Shown here in pieces: positions 1 through 7,555 of a stretch of DNA of 34,950 nt; position 1 is the stretch's first letter; the number at the start of each line of letters is the position of its first letter. Source of the stretch: an uncultured Thermodesulfobacteriota bacterium (GTDB lineage: Bacteria; Desulfobacterota; Deferrisomatia; Deferrisomatales; JACRMM01). The stretch is from contig CAZGRT010000189.1 of NCBI GenBank assembly GCA_964528225.1, forward strand, positions 1-34,950. The letters are read 5' to 3'. A program made the translations under genes and the position numbers. The notes under the pieces were generated by a model, which saw nothing but the letters and a program-made list of their open reading frames with translations, ran no database searches and had not been told where the DNA came from.

Positions 1-317
1 CCGGCCACGGCCAGGCCCCCGGTGAACGTCATGCCCCCCACGGCCAGCCGGCGCGAGGCGCAGGACCGCTCCCGGAGAAACCTCCTCACCGCTGCCGCGG
101 CAAAGGCCGAGGCAAGGCCGTAGGAGTAGCCCATCCAGTACCCCCCTGCCTCCAGATATCGGGCCCCCCAGGACTCCTGGGAGGGCAGCAGGACCCAACG
201 GGTCTGCTCCGGGTCCGCGTCGGGAAACGCGCCGACCCAGGCGAAGTGGGCGGCAACCGCCGCGACGAAGACGGCCGTCGGAAGCCCGGCGCGCCGGGCG
301 GCGCGGAAGAGACTCAA
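1..317 (-). CDS. hypothetical membrane protein, partial (3' end lies beyond window start)
   Basis: Absent from the ORF track because it has no stop in the window. TTG at 317-315 overlaps the TGA of the upstream gene (TTGA). Reads MSLFRAARRAGLPTAVFVAAVAAHFAWVGAF...EAGGYWMGYSYGLASAFAAAAVRRF...GGMTFTGGLAVAG. Hydrophobic segments and G/C-rich third positions in this frame. Confidence 0.4.
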   Translation of the reverse strand, partial: MSLFRAARRAGLPTAVFVAAVAAHFAWVGAFPDADPEQTRWVLLPSQESWGARYLEAGGYWMGYSYGLASAFAAAAVRRFLRERSCASRRLAVGGMTFTGGLAVA

Positions 318-697
318 CGGGATTCGGGCGGCGGCGCCGTGACTTCGAGAGCCCGGGCCACGAACACCAGGCGCACCCCCTCTTGCCGCACCTCCCCATC
401 GACCCTCACGGTGCTCGCCAACTCGGGCACTGGCCCCTTCCAGCGAACGGGGAGCGTGAGGCTGGCGCAGGTGACCACCTTGCACTTCCGGAACTCCTCG
501 GCGTCGATCAGGCCCACCAGGTCGCGGTCCGGGAAGACCTGGCTGACCACCCCCTCCACGGTCGCCGGTCCCGCACGGCGCTCCGCCTCCCGCATCAGGG
601 TGTCGACGCCCACGACGTCTCCCGCGGCGGCAGTCGTCGCGACGAGGAGCGCCGAGAGCACAGCCGCAGCCCGCGATCGAAGCGCCTCGCTCTTCAT
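314..697 (-). CDS. small exported protein of unknown function (127 aa)
   Basis: ATG at 697 preceded by GGGAG. Signal-like N-terminus MKSEALRSRAAAVLSALLVATTAAAG. Contains a CKVVTC cysteine pair. It is the last part of track ORF 314..1267, whose upstream part is R/P-rich noise overlapping the permease gene. Its stop overlaps the next start. Confidence 0.6.
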   Translation of the reverse strand: MKSEALRSRAAAVLSALLVATTAAAGDVVGVDTLMREAERRAGPATVEGVVSQVFPDRDLVGLIDAEEFRKCKVVTCASLTLPVRWKGPVPELASTVRVDGEVRQEGVRLVFVARALEVTAPPPESR

Positions 698-759
698 CGT
701 CCGATCTCCCGTTTCCCCCGCCCTTCGCGCCCGCGGCTCACCTAGCCGCCCTTGGGGCT

Positions 760-1827
760 TCAGGTGGCCCCGGAGCACGCGTGGCCCGCTGCCCCCCGCA
801 CCGGAAGGTAGGGCCTCACCGCCAGCAGGACCAGCAACAAAGCCGACACGAGGCCAACGACCGGGGGGAACACCTCCGCGGCGGCCCCTGCCAGGGCCCG
901 TGCGGGCACGCCGAGGGCACCGTACGCCGCGTCGAGTGCGAGCCCCATGCCCACGGCGCCGATCGAGATGGAGAGAAGGTAGCGCGCGGTCGCGCCCACG
1001 CCCAGAGTTCCCGCCAGGACCGTGACCGAGGCGATGTTCGTAGCCGGACCCGCCAGCAGGAAGACCAGGGCTGCACCGGGGCTGAGTCCCTTGAGAATCA
1101 GCGCCGCCGCGATGGGCGTCGAGGCGGTCGCGCACAGGTACAGCGGAATGCCCACTACCAGCATGACCAGGAGGGGCAGGAACCCGCTGCCCAGGTTCTC
1201 CCGGACGAAGTCGGAGGGGACGAGGACCGTGATGAGCCCGGCGAGGACGAAGCCCACGGCGAGCCACGGGGCTAGGTCACCCAGAAGGTCGCCGAAAGCA
1301 TACCGGAGGCCGGCGCGGACGCGCTGCAGCGGCCTGGCTCCGGCGGGCACGGGCTCTTCGGGGCACCCGCAGGGACGGCGCGGCGGTTCCGGGAGAGGTT
1401 CCTCGCGGCCGAGGAGGTTCTCGGCCACGCCGGCGAGCACCGCGGTCGCGAAGGCAGCCAGCGGGCGCGCCACCGTCATCAACGGGTCCATGAGGGCGTA
1501 GGTCAGCGCGATGGAGTCCACCCCGGTCTCCGGCGTGGAGACGAGAAAGGAGACCGTAGCCCCCTTGCTCGCTCCCTTTCGACGAAGCCCGAGGGCGGCC
1601 GGGATCACGCCGCAGGAACAGAGGGGGAGCGGCACTCCCGCCAGGGCGGCCTTGAGGACCGAGCGCACCTTGCCCCGCCCCAGGTGCCGCCCGATCGCCT
1701 CGGCGGAGAGGAACCCGTGCAGGAGGCCTGCCGCCAGGAACCCGAAGATCAGGTACGGGGCGGAGTCGGTGAGGATGTGCCAACTCTCCCAGAGGACTGC
1801 GCCGGCGAACCCGGTCAGGTCACCCAT
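760..1827 (-). CDS. ArsP_1/DUF318-family permease (ArsP-like / SO_0444-like metal(loid) transporter)
   Basis: 355-aa polytopic membrane protein. GVPLPLCSCGVIPAALGL resembles the vicinal-Cys TPFCSCS motif of the organoarsenical permease ArsP. A second CxC lies in the central loop (RRPCGCPEE). GGAGGA precedes the ATG, and the start overlaps the arsR stop by 13 nt. Confidence 0.9.
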   Translation of the reverse strand: MGDLTGFAGAVLWESWHILTDSAPYLIFGFLAAGLLHGFLSAEAIGRHLGRGKVRSVLKAALAGVPLPLCSCGVIPAALGLRRKGASKGATVSFLVSTPETGVDSIALTYALMDPLMTVARPLAAFATAVLAGVAENLLGREEPLPEPPRRPCGCPEEPVPAGARPLQRVRAGLRYAFGDLLGDLAPWLAVGFVLAGLITVLVPSDFVRENLGSGFLPLLVMLVVGIPLYLCATASTPIAAALILKGLSPGAALVFLLAGPATNIASVTVLAGTLGVGATARYLLSISIGAVGMGLALDAAYGALGVPARALAGAAAEVFPPVVGLVSALLLVLLAVRPYLPVRGAAGHACSGAT

Positions 1828-2171
1828 CGGTCCTCCGCCACGTGCCGCAGGGCCTCGGCGAACAGCGACCTCACGTGGTCGTCGTCAAGGCTGTAGAAGG
1901 CGAGCTTGCCCTCCCGGCGACAACGCACGATCCGGTACGCCCGCAGGAGGCGCAACTGGTGGGAGACGGCGCTCGGGCTCACGTCGAAGATCTCCGCCAG
2001 GTCGCACACGCACAACTCCCGCTCCGACAGCGCCAGCAGGATCCCCACGCGCGTCGCGTCCCCCAGCACCTTGAACGTCTCCGCCACGGCACCCACCGGC
2101 GAACTGCGCACGGCGCGGCGCGCCTGTTCGACCGCTTCGGGGTGAACCAGCCTTTCCTCGCAGACCTCCAA
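1815..2171 (-). CDS. arsR: ArsR/SmtB-family metalloregulator
   Basis: 118 aa, with a TTG start 4 nt after GGAGGG. Winged-HTH signature LSERELCVCDLAEIFDVSPSAVSHQLRLLRAYRIV, including the CVC metal(loid) site. Confidence 0.9.
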   Translation of the reverse strand: MEVCEERLVHPEAVEQARRAVRSSPVGAVAETFKVLGDATRVGILLALSERELCVCDLAEIFDVSPSAVSHQLRLLRAYRIVRCRREGKLAFYSLDDDHVRSLFAEALRHVAEDRWVT

Positions 2172-2285
2172 GGCGCCCTCCTTCGAGTGAGAGTGTGCTC
2201 ATATGTTCGCAATTTCATGACCGGCCGTCAACGCCCTCGCTCTGTCTCCGCCGGAGAGGCGGTCGCGGGCGACACCGGGGGCCCG

Positions 2286-2302
2286 GACGTCGTATCCTGA
2301 GG
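2286..2302 (+). promoter_or_regulatory. 17-mer GACGTCGTATCCTGAGG containing a putative -10 (TATCCT, 2293-2298) upstream of the permease gene
   Basis: The identical 17-mer recurs at 12212-12228 upstream of the ABC importer. Both lie about 30 nt upstream of a GTG start. The -35 here is weak (cgacac). Confidence 0.4.
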
Positions 2303-2332
2303 GTCTAGCGGGACGCAACTCTGCAACCGGCG

Positions 2333-3403
2333 GTGGCTCGATCGGTATTGGCCCTTCCGCCGACCCCTCCCGGAGGGCCACGGGTCCGGGGCGATACGAA
2401 AGGCAAGGGCGTGGAATCGTTCATCGACGGTGCGTTGCGGCTGGGACGGGGAATCGGCGAGGAGTTTCTCTACATCCTCCCCTACCTCCTCTTCGGGGTC
2501 CTCCTCGAGGCCACCATCCGCACGCTGAAGTGGCACGTGAAGCTCCGCCACGTGCTCGGCCGCTTCGGCCCCTTCACCATCCCGGTGGCGGCGCTTCTCG
2601 GCGTGGCGAGCCCGCTGTGCGCCTGCGCCACCCTTCCGCTGGTGATCTCCCTCCTGGTAGCCGGCCTGCCCCTGGCGCCGGCCGTGACGCTGCTCGTGGC
2701 CTCGCCGCTCATGAGCCCGGCCGCCTACACGATGCTGTCCGGGATGCTCGGCCTGGGATGGGCCAACGTGGTGCTCGCCTGCGCGCTGCTCCTCTCGCTG
2801 TTCGCGGGGTACGTCACCCTGCTGCTGCGACCGTACGGGTTCCGGGAGGCGGAGATCTTCCGCAAGCAACTGCCCCAGGGGAACTTCCACGACCCGGACT
2901 ACCCGGTGGAGGAACTGCGGTGCGAGTGCGGCCGCCAGCTCTCCCATCGGGTGGACCGCTGCACCCACAACCCGGTCCTGACCTTCCTTGCGCGGGTGTG
3001 GGAGGGGAGCCTGAAGATCGGCCGCTTCACGCTCATCGGCCTGCTGATCGAGGTCGTGGCCACGACCTTCGTCCCCACCGACTGGATCATCCGACTCCTG
3101 GAGGGGGACGGCGCCTGGCCGATCTTCGCCATCACCTTCGCCACGATTCCCCTCCACCTACCCCAGGTGACCGCGGCGTCCATGGTCTTCGGCTTCTTCC
3201 TCCCCGACCCGGGCACGGCCATCCCCCTGGCCAAGGGCCCGGGCATCGCCATGCTGGTGGGCGGGCCGGTCACGGCGCTCCCGGTCATGGGCGTCTTCCT
3301 CTCCATGTTCCGGAAGCGGGTGTTCTTCCTCTACCTGGCCGTCTGCGTGGCGGGCACGCTGGCGCTGGCCCTGGGCTACCGCGCCCTCCCCTGGACCTTC
3401 TGA
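2333..3403 (+). CDS. ArsP_1/DUF318-family permease, second paralogue
   Basis: 356 aa from GTG 2333 (an alternative GTG is at 2411). GVASPLCACATLPLVISL is the family CxC position. A cytoplasmic-loop triad CECGRQLSHRVDRC is present. Divergent from arsR at 1815-2171. Confidence 0.85.
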   Translation: MARSVLALPPTPPGGPRVRGDTKGKGVESFIDGALRLGRGIGEEFLYILPYLLFGVLLEATIRTLKWHVKLRHVLGRFGPFTIPVAALLGVASPLCACATLPLVISLLVAGLPLAPAVTLLVASPLMSPAAYTMLSGMLGLGWANVVLACALLLSLFAGYVTLLLRPYGFREAEIFRKQLPQGNFHDPDYPVEELRCECGRQLSHRVDRCTHNPVLTFLARVWEGSLKIGRFTLIGLLIEVVATTFVPTDWIIRLLEGDGAWPIFAITFATIPLHLPQVTAASMVFGFFLPDPGTAIPLAKGPGIAMLVGGPVTALPVMGVFLSMFRKRVFFLYLAVCVAGTLALALGYRALPWTF

Positions 3404-3430
3404 ATTTCCCTAAGCGGGGAGAGGAATCTC

Positions 3431-3458
3431 TTGACCCCGGGGTACCGTTCCCTATCCT
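3431..3458 (+). promoter_or_regulatory. sigma70-like promoter TTGACC-16 nt-TATCCT for the octahaem cytochrome gene
   Basis: TTGACC at 3431-3436 and TATCCT at 3453-3458, in the 122-nt gap before the ATG at 3526. Confidence 0.5.
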
Positions 3459-3467
3459 GTGGGGGAC

Positions 3468-3483
3468 GCATCCCAGGGGATGC
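3468..3483. promoter_or_regulatory. 16-bp palindrome GCATCCC-AG-GGGATGC just downstream of the -10, candidate operator
   Basis: Perfect 7-bp arms read directly from the sequence. It sits around the predicted transcription start. Confidence 0.35.
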
Positions 3484-3525
3484 CCGCGCCGAGGCCCCAC
3501 CCCGTCCAAGCCCAGGAGGAATCCC

Positions 3526-5040
3526 ATGCGGCACGCACCCCGGCTCCTGCTCATCTTGACGGCCGCTACGGCCGCAACTCTGACGGGGTTCGTGAGCCCC
3601 TCGCCTGGCCGGGCGGCGGAGATCAGCGACGCGACGTCCGAGTGCATCGCCTGCCACGAGGAGGTCACCCCGGGCATCGTCGGCGACTGGAGGGCGAGTC
3701 GGCACTCCCGGATCACCCCGGCGGAGGCCCTGCAGAAGAAGCCCCTGGAGAAGCGCTTCTCGGCACCCGAGGCTCCGGCCGGTTCCGCCGACACGGTGGT
3801 GGGGTGCGCCGAGTGCCACACCCGAAACCCCGGCGCCCACGCGGACACCTTCGAGCACAACGGCTACCGGGTCCACATCGTGGTGACCCCGGAGGACTGC
3901 GCGGCCTGCCACCCCTCCGAGCGGGAGCAGTTCGCCCAGAATCTCATGGCCAACGCCCACGCCAACCTGGTGGACAACAGCGTCTACGGCATGCTCGTCG
4001 ACGCGGTGGCCGGCATGCACACCTTCGGCGGCGGGAAGGTCTCGACCGAGGCGCCCGATGACCTGACCAAGGCGGACGCGTGCCTGTCGTGCCACGGGAC
4101 CCGCGTCGAGGTGAAGGGCATCCGCCCCCGGGACACGGCCATGGGGGAGATGGAGTTCCCGGTGCTCGCGGGATGGCCCAACCAGGGGGTCGGCCGTGTG
4201 AACCCCGACGGCAGCAAGGGAGCCTGCACGGCCTGTCACACGCGCCACGAGTTCTCCATCGAGATGGCGCGCAAGCCCTACACCTGCGCCCAGTGCCACA
4301 AGGGACCGGATGTTCCGGCATACCCGGTGTACGCCGTGAGCAAGCACGGCAACATCTTCGATGCCATGAAGTCCCACTGGGACTTCGACGCCGTCCCATG
4401 GGTAGCCGGGAAGCACTTCACGGCGCCCACCTGCGCCACGTGCCACGTGAGCCTCGTGACCTCGACGACGGGAGAGGTCCTGGCCCAGCGATCCCACCGC
4501 ATGAACGACCGGAGCGCCTGGCGCATCTTCGGGCTCCCCTACGCCCACCCACACCCCGAGTCGGCCGACACCACCGCCATCCGGAACCGCGCGGGCCTGC
4601 CGCTCCCGACCGAGCTCACCGGAGAGCCCGTCGAGGGGTTCCTGATCGGGGCGGAGGAACAGGCCCGCCGGCGCGGGACCATGCAGAAGATCTGCCAGGG
4701 GTGCCACAGCGCCCAGTGGGTCCAGGGGCACTACGACAAGTTCGAGAACACGCTGCGAACCACCAACGCCCTGACGCTGGCCGCCACGAAGGTACTGCTC
4801 GAGGCGTGGGACCGGGGCGCTGCCCGGGGGCTCGCCGAGAACGACAGCATCTTCAACGAGACCATCGAGCAGAAGTGGGTCCAGCAGTGGCTCTTCTACG
4901 CGAACTCCACCCGGTACGCCTCCGCCATGGGAGGAGCGGACTACGGCGTGTTCGCCAACGGACGCTTCTTCCTCTCGTCGAATCTCACCGAGATGGCCGA
5001 CTGGCTGCGCCTGCTGGCCCCTCCGGCGCCGAAGCCGTGA
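3526..5040 (+). CDS. octahaem c-type cytochrome, hydroxylamine oxidoreductase (HAO) family
   Basis: ATG at 3526 follows AGGAGGA. Signal peptide [21 protein letters not shown]. Eight CxxCH motifs: CIACH, CAECH, CAACH, CLSCH, CTACH, CAQCH, CATCH, CQGCH. The block [27 protein letters not shown]...VSKHG resembles N. europaea HAO as I remember it. The upstream 332 codons of track ORF 2530..5040 overlap the permease and are rejected. Confidence 0.9.
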   Translation: [504 protein letters not shown]

Positions 5041-5071
5041 CCGGCACCGAAGACAGGGAGGAACCTCCGTC

Positions 5072-6127
5072 GTGTCGCCCAAGCGCTCCGCGAAGATCGG
5101 CCTCCCGCCCGGCACCCTCGTCCACGTGGGAGAGCCGAGCGAGGAACCGGTCGGCCTCTCGCTGATCGACTTCGGCCCCGAACACCTGGAGGAGAGGGAG
5201 CTCGGCGAACCGGACGACCTCATCCCCTACCTGCGCCCCGAGACGGTCACCTGGCTCAACGTCACCGGGGTCCACCGGGTCGAAGTGGTGGCCCGAATCG
5301 GCGAACTGCTCGGCATCCACCCCCTCGTCCAGGAGGACGTGGTCAACACCCACCAGCGGCCGAAGGCCGAGGCCTACGACGGCTATCTGTACCTCGTGGT
5401 CCGCATGATCCGCTACGACGCGGAGGCTGAGGACCTGGACACGGAGCAGGTGAGCCTGATCGTCCGCCCGGGGCTGCTCGTGACGTTCCAGGAGAAGGAA
5501 GGGGATGTCTTCGACGCCGTCCGGCAGCGCATCCGCGGGGCCAAGGGACGGCTGCGGACCTCGGGCGCCGACTACCTGGCGTACGCCCTGCTCGACAGCG
5601 TGGTCGACCACTACTTCCTGGCGCTGGAGGGGATCTGGGACACGGCGGAGGAGATCGAGGAGGAGGTGATCGACGAGCCCTCGCCCGAGACCCTGGAGAC
5701 GATCCACCGGCTCAAGAGAACGGCGGTGCAGCTGCGCCGCTCCATCTCGCCCGTGCGGGAGCTCGTCCTCGCCCTCGAGCGAGACGGCTCCGAGCTCGTG
5801 GCCTCCTCCACGCAACCGTTTCTGCGCGACCTCTACGACCACACCATCCAGGTGGTGGAGAGCCTGGAGTCGCTGCGAGACGTCATGGGCGGCTACGTGG
5901 ACCTCTACCTCTCGACCGTGAACAACCGGAAGAACCAGGTGATGAAGGTCCTCACGATCATCGCCACCGTGTTCATCCCTCTCACCTTCCTCGCCGGCAT
6001 CTACGGGATGAACTTCGAGCACATGCCCGAGCTTCGCTGGCCCTGGGCATACCCGGCCCTGCTCCTGCTCATGGGGGGGGTCGCCGGCGGCATGTTCCTG
6101 TTCTTCCGCCGGAAACGCTGGCTGTAG
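5072..6127 (+). CDS. corA: CorA-family Mg2+/Co2+ transporter
   Basis: 351 aa, with GTG at 5072 after GGGAGGA. C-terminal two TM helices carry the signature YGMNFEHMPEL (GMN motif). Confidence 0.92.
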   Translation: MSPKRSAKIGLPPGTLVHVGEPSEEPVGLSLIDFGPEHLEERELGEPDDLIPYLRPETVTWLNVTGVHRVEVVARIGELLGIHPLVQEDVVNTHQRPKAEAYDGYLYLVVRMIRYDAEAEDLDTEQVSLIVRPGLLVTFQEKEGDVFDAVRQRIRGAKGRLRTSGADYLAYALLDSVVDHYFLALEGIWDTAEEIEEEVIDEPSPETLETIHRLKRTAVQLRRSISPVRELVLALERDGSELVASSTQPFLRDLYDHTIQVVESLESLRDVMGGYVDLYLSTVNNRKNQVMKVLTIIATVFIPLTFLAGIYGMNFEHMPELRWPWAYPALLLLMGGVAGGMFLFFRRKRWL

Positions 6128-6139
6128 AACCGGCCCGCC

Positions 6140-6370
6140 TCACCGAAGCAACTTCGCGACCTCGCCGGATTTCAAGACCTTCCCAGCCGACTTGATCTGG
6201 CCATCCACCGCGAGGGCCGGGGTGACCAGGACGCCCCGCCTCATCAACTCGGCCAACTCGGTGACGTGGACGACCTCGGCTTCGACGCCCGCTTCTGCCA
6301 CCGCCTGCTTGGCAGCTTCGTAGAGCTTGTTGCACTTCGTGCAACCGGTCCCGAGCACTTCGATCTTCAT
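6140..6370 (-). CDS. small thioredoxin-family protein (redox-active disulfide protein 2 type)
   Basis: 76 aa, MKIEVLGTGCTKCNKLYEAAKQAV...LVTPALAVDGQIK. CxxC = CTKC. GGAGG RBS. Last gene of the minus-strand operon. Confidence 0.85.
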   Translation of the reverse strand: MKIEVLGTGCTKCNKLYEAAKQAVAEAGVEAEVVHVTELAELMRRGVLVTPALAVDGQIKSAGKVLKSGEVAKLLR

Positions 6371-6432
6371 GGGAAAACCTCCGCTGTCGGCGTCTGGCCG
6401 TTGGTTGCCGGGCCCGAAGGCGCGAGACCCGG

Positions 6433-6816
6433 TCAGGGGAGTCCCACCGCCCTGCGGGCGGCCTGCTGGATGAGCGCGGCGGGAATCACATCGTAGGTTC
6501 GTGGTCCGACCTCGACGGTGCGGCACGAGGCCTCCACTCCCAGCAGGGCGGTGCAGGAGCAGCAAGGGCTCTCGCCGGCACGGGCCCCCGGAATCAAGTC
6601 CTCCAGAGGTGTCCCGTTGAACCGGATCTGGTTCGACTCGGAGACGCGGTCCGCCCCGAGCACCGTCTCGGTGAACGAGACGGCCACCCCTTCGCGAGCG
6701 AGTTCCTCCTTGAGTTCGGCCACGACCTCCCGCACCGCCTGACCCGTGTCGGAGCAGCGGTCGCAGGTGCGGCCCCGGCTCTCCACGTGCCTCCACTCGA
6801 TGGCGAGCGTCTTCAT
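6433..6816 (-). CDS. DUF2703-like cysteine-rich protein
   Basis: 127 aa. N-terminal RTCDRC pair and a GESPCCSCTALLGVEASC cluster. GGGAGGAG RBS. No signal peptide. Confidence 0.8.
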   Translation of the reverse strand: MKTLAIEWRHVESRGRTCDRCSDTGQAVREVVAELKEELAREGVAVSFTETVLGADRVSESNQIRFNGTPLEDLIPGARAGESPCCSCTALLGVEASCRTVEVGPRTYDVIPAALIQQAARRAVGLP

Positions 6817-6849
6817 GGCTCCTCCCTCACGACGCCGTGGCGTCCCGGC

Positions 6850-7554
6850 TCATGCGCCGTTCCAGAGGATGAACACACCCACGAGCGCAATCAGTGCCCC
6901 GGCGGCCTTCTTGAAGACGAGGTTGGCCCTCCCGAGCTCCCGCGACTGGATCAGGTTCTTGGCAACCCCCATGCTGGTCCCGGCGACGACGATCAGGAGG
7001 CAGTGGCCCACCGCGTAGGTCCACAGGAGCGCGAGGCCGTAGGGGAGGTTCCCCTTGGAGGCGATGTAGGTGAGGACCACCACCAGGATCGGCGCGGCGC
7101 AGGGCGCCGAGACCACCCCGAAGAGGAGCCCCAGGGTGAAGGCGCCCAGCACCCCCGCGTGCCTGGGCCGGTAGCGGGCCAGCCCCTCGGGCACCGGGAA
7201 GGTCCAGAGATCCCACAGATGCGCGGCCATGGCGAAGCAGACGAGCGCGATGACCCAGGGCCAGAAGCCGCCCACGTCGCCGAAGAGCCGCCCCACCATC
7301 ACCGCGATCAGACCCATGGCCGTGAAGCTCGCGGCCAGGCCGAAGACGAAGACCAGCGAGAAGCCAAGGCTGCGCCGCCATCCGGAGATCCCCTCGTACC
7401 CGCCCACGAAGCCGATCACGAGCGGGATCATCGCGAGCACGCAGGGGTTCGAGGCGGTGAGGGCGCCGCCCACGAACACCCCGGCGAAGGCCAGCCACGG
7501 GTTGGTCTGGATGTAGCCCTGCACGTTGCCCAGGAACGCCTCGAGGCCGCCCAT
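6850..7554 (-). CDS. ccdA: cytochrome c biogenesis / thiol:disulfide electron-transfer membrane protein, CcdA/DsbD-TM family
   Basis: 234 aa, polytopic. Conserved Cys-in-TM motifs ASNPCVLAMIPLV and VVSAPCAAPILV. The start abuts the stop of the upstream permease. Confidence 0.9.
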   Translation of the reverse strand: MGGLEAFLGNVQGYIQTNPWLAFAGVFVGGALTASNPCVLAMIPLVIGFVGGYEGISGWRRSLGFSLVFVFGLAASFTAMGLIAVMVGRLFGDVGGFWPWVIALVCFAMAAHLWDLWTFPVPEGLARYRPRHAGVLGAFTLGLLFGVVSAPCAAPILVVVLTYIASKGNLPYGLALLWTYAVGHCLLIVVAGTSMGVAKNLIQSRELGRANLVFKKAAGALIALVGVFILWNGA

Positions 7555-7555
7555 G

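Noticed and set aside
2530-3525. N-terminal 332 codons of track ORF 2530..5040, which would make the cytochrome 836 aa.
   Set aside because: This part overlaps the permease gene in another frame and is Pro/Arg/Gly-rich. The ATG at 3526 has an AGGAGGA RBS and is followed immediately by a signal peptide. A promoter-like element lies at 3431-3458.
3376-5223. 615-aa minus-strand ORF antisense to the octahaem cytochrome gene. Similar long ORFs occur at 2228..3157(-), 6787..8076(+), 7428..8462(-), 10815..12425(-), 15964..17625(-), 25178..26707(-), 26704..27990(-), 31609..34746(+) and 31631..33298(-).
   Set aside because: Their translations are R/P/G/A/H-rich low-complexity strings with no family motifs. 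Each is antisense to, or out of frame with, a gene that has clear motifs, an RBS and G/C-biased third positions. These are the shadow ORFs expected at high GC.
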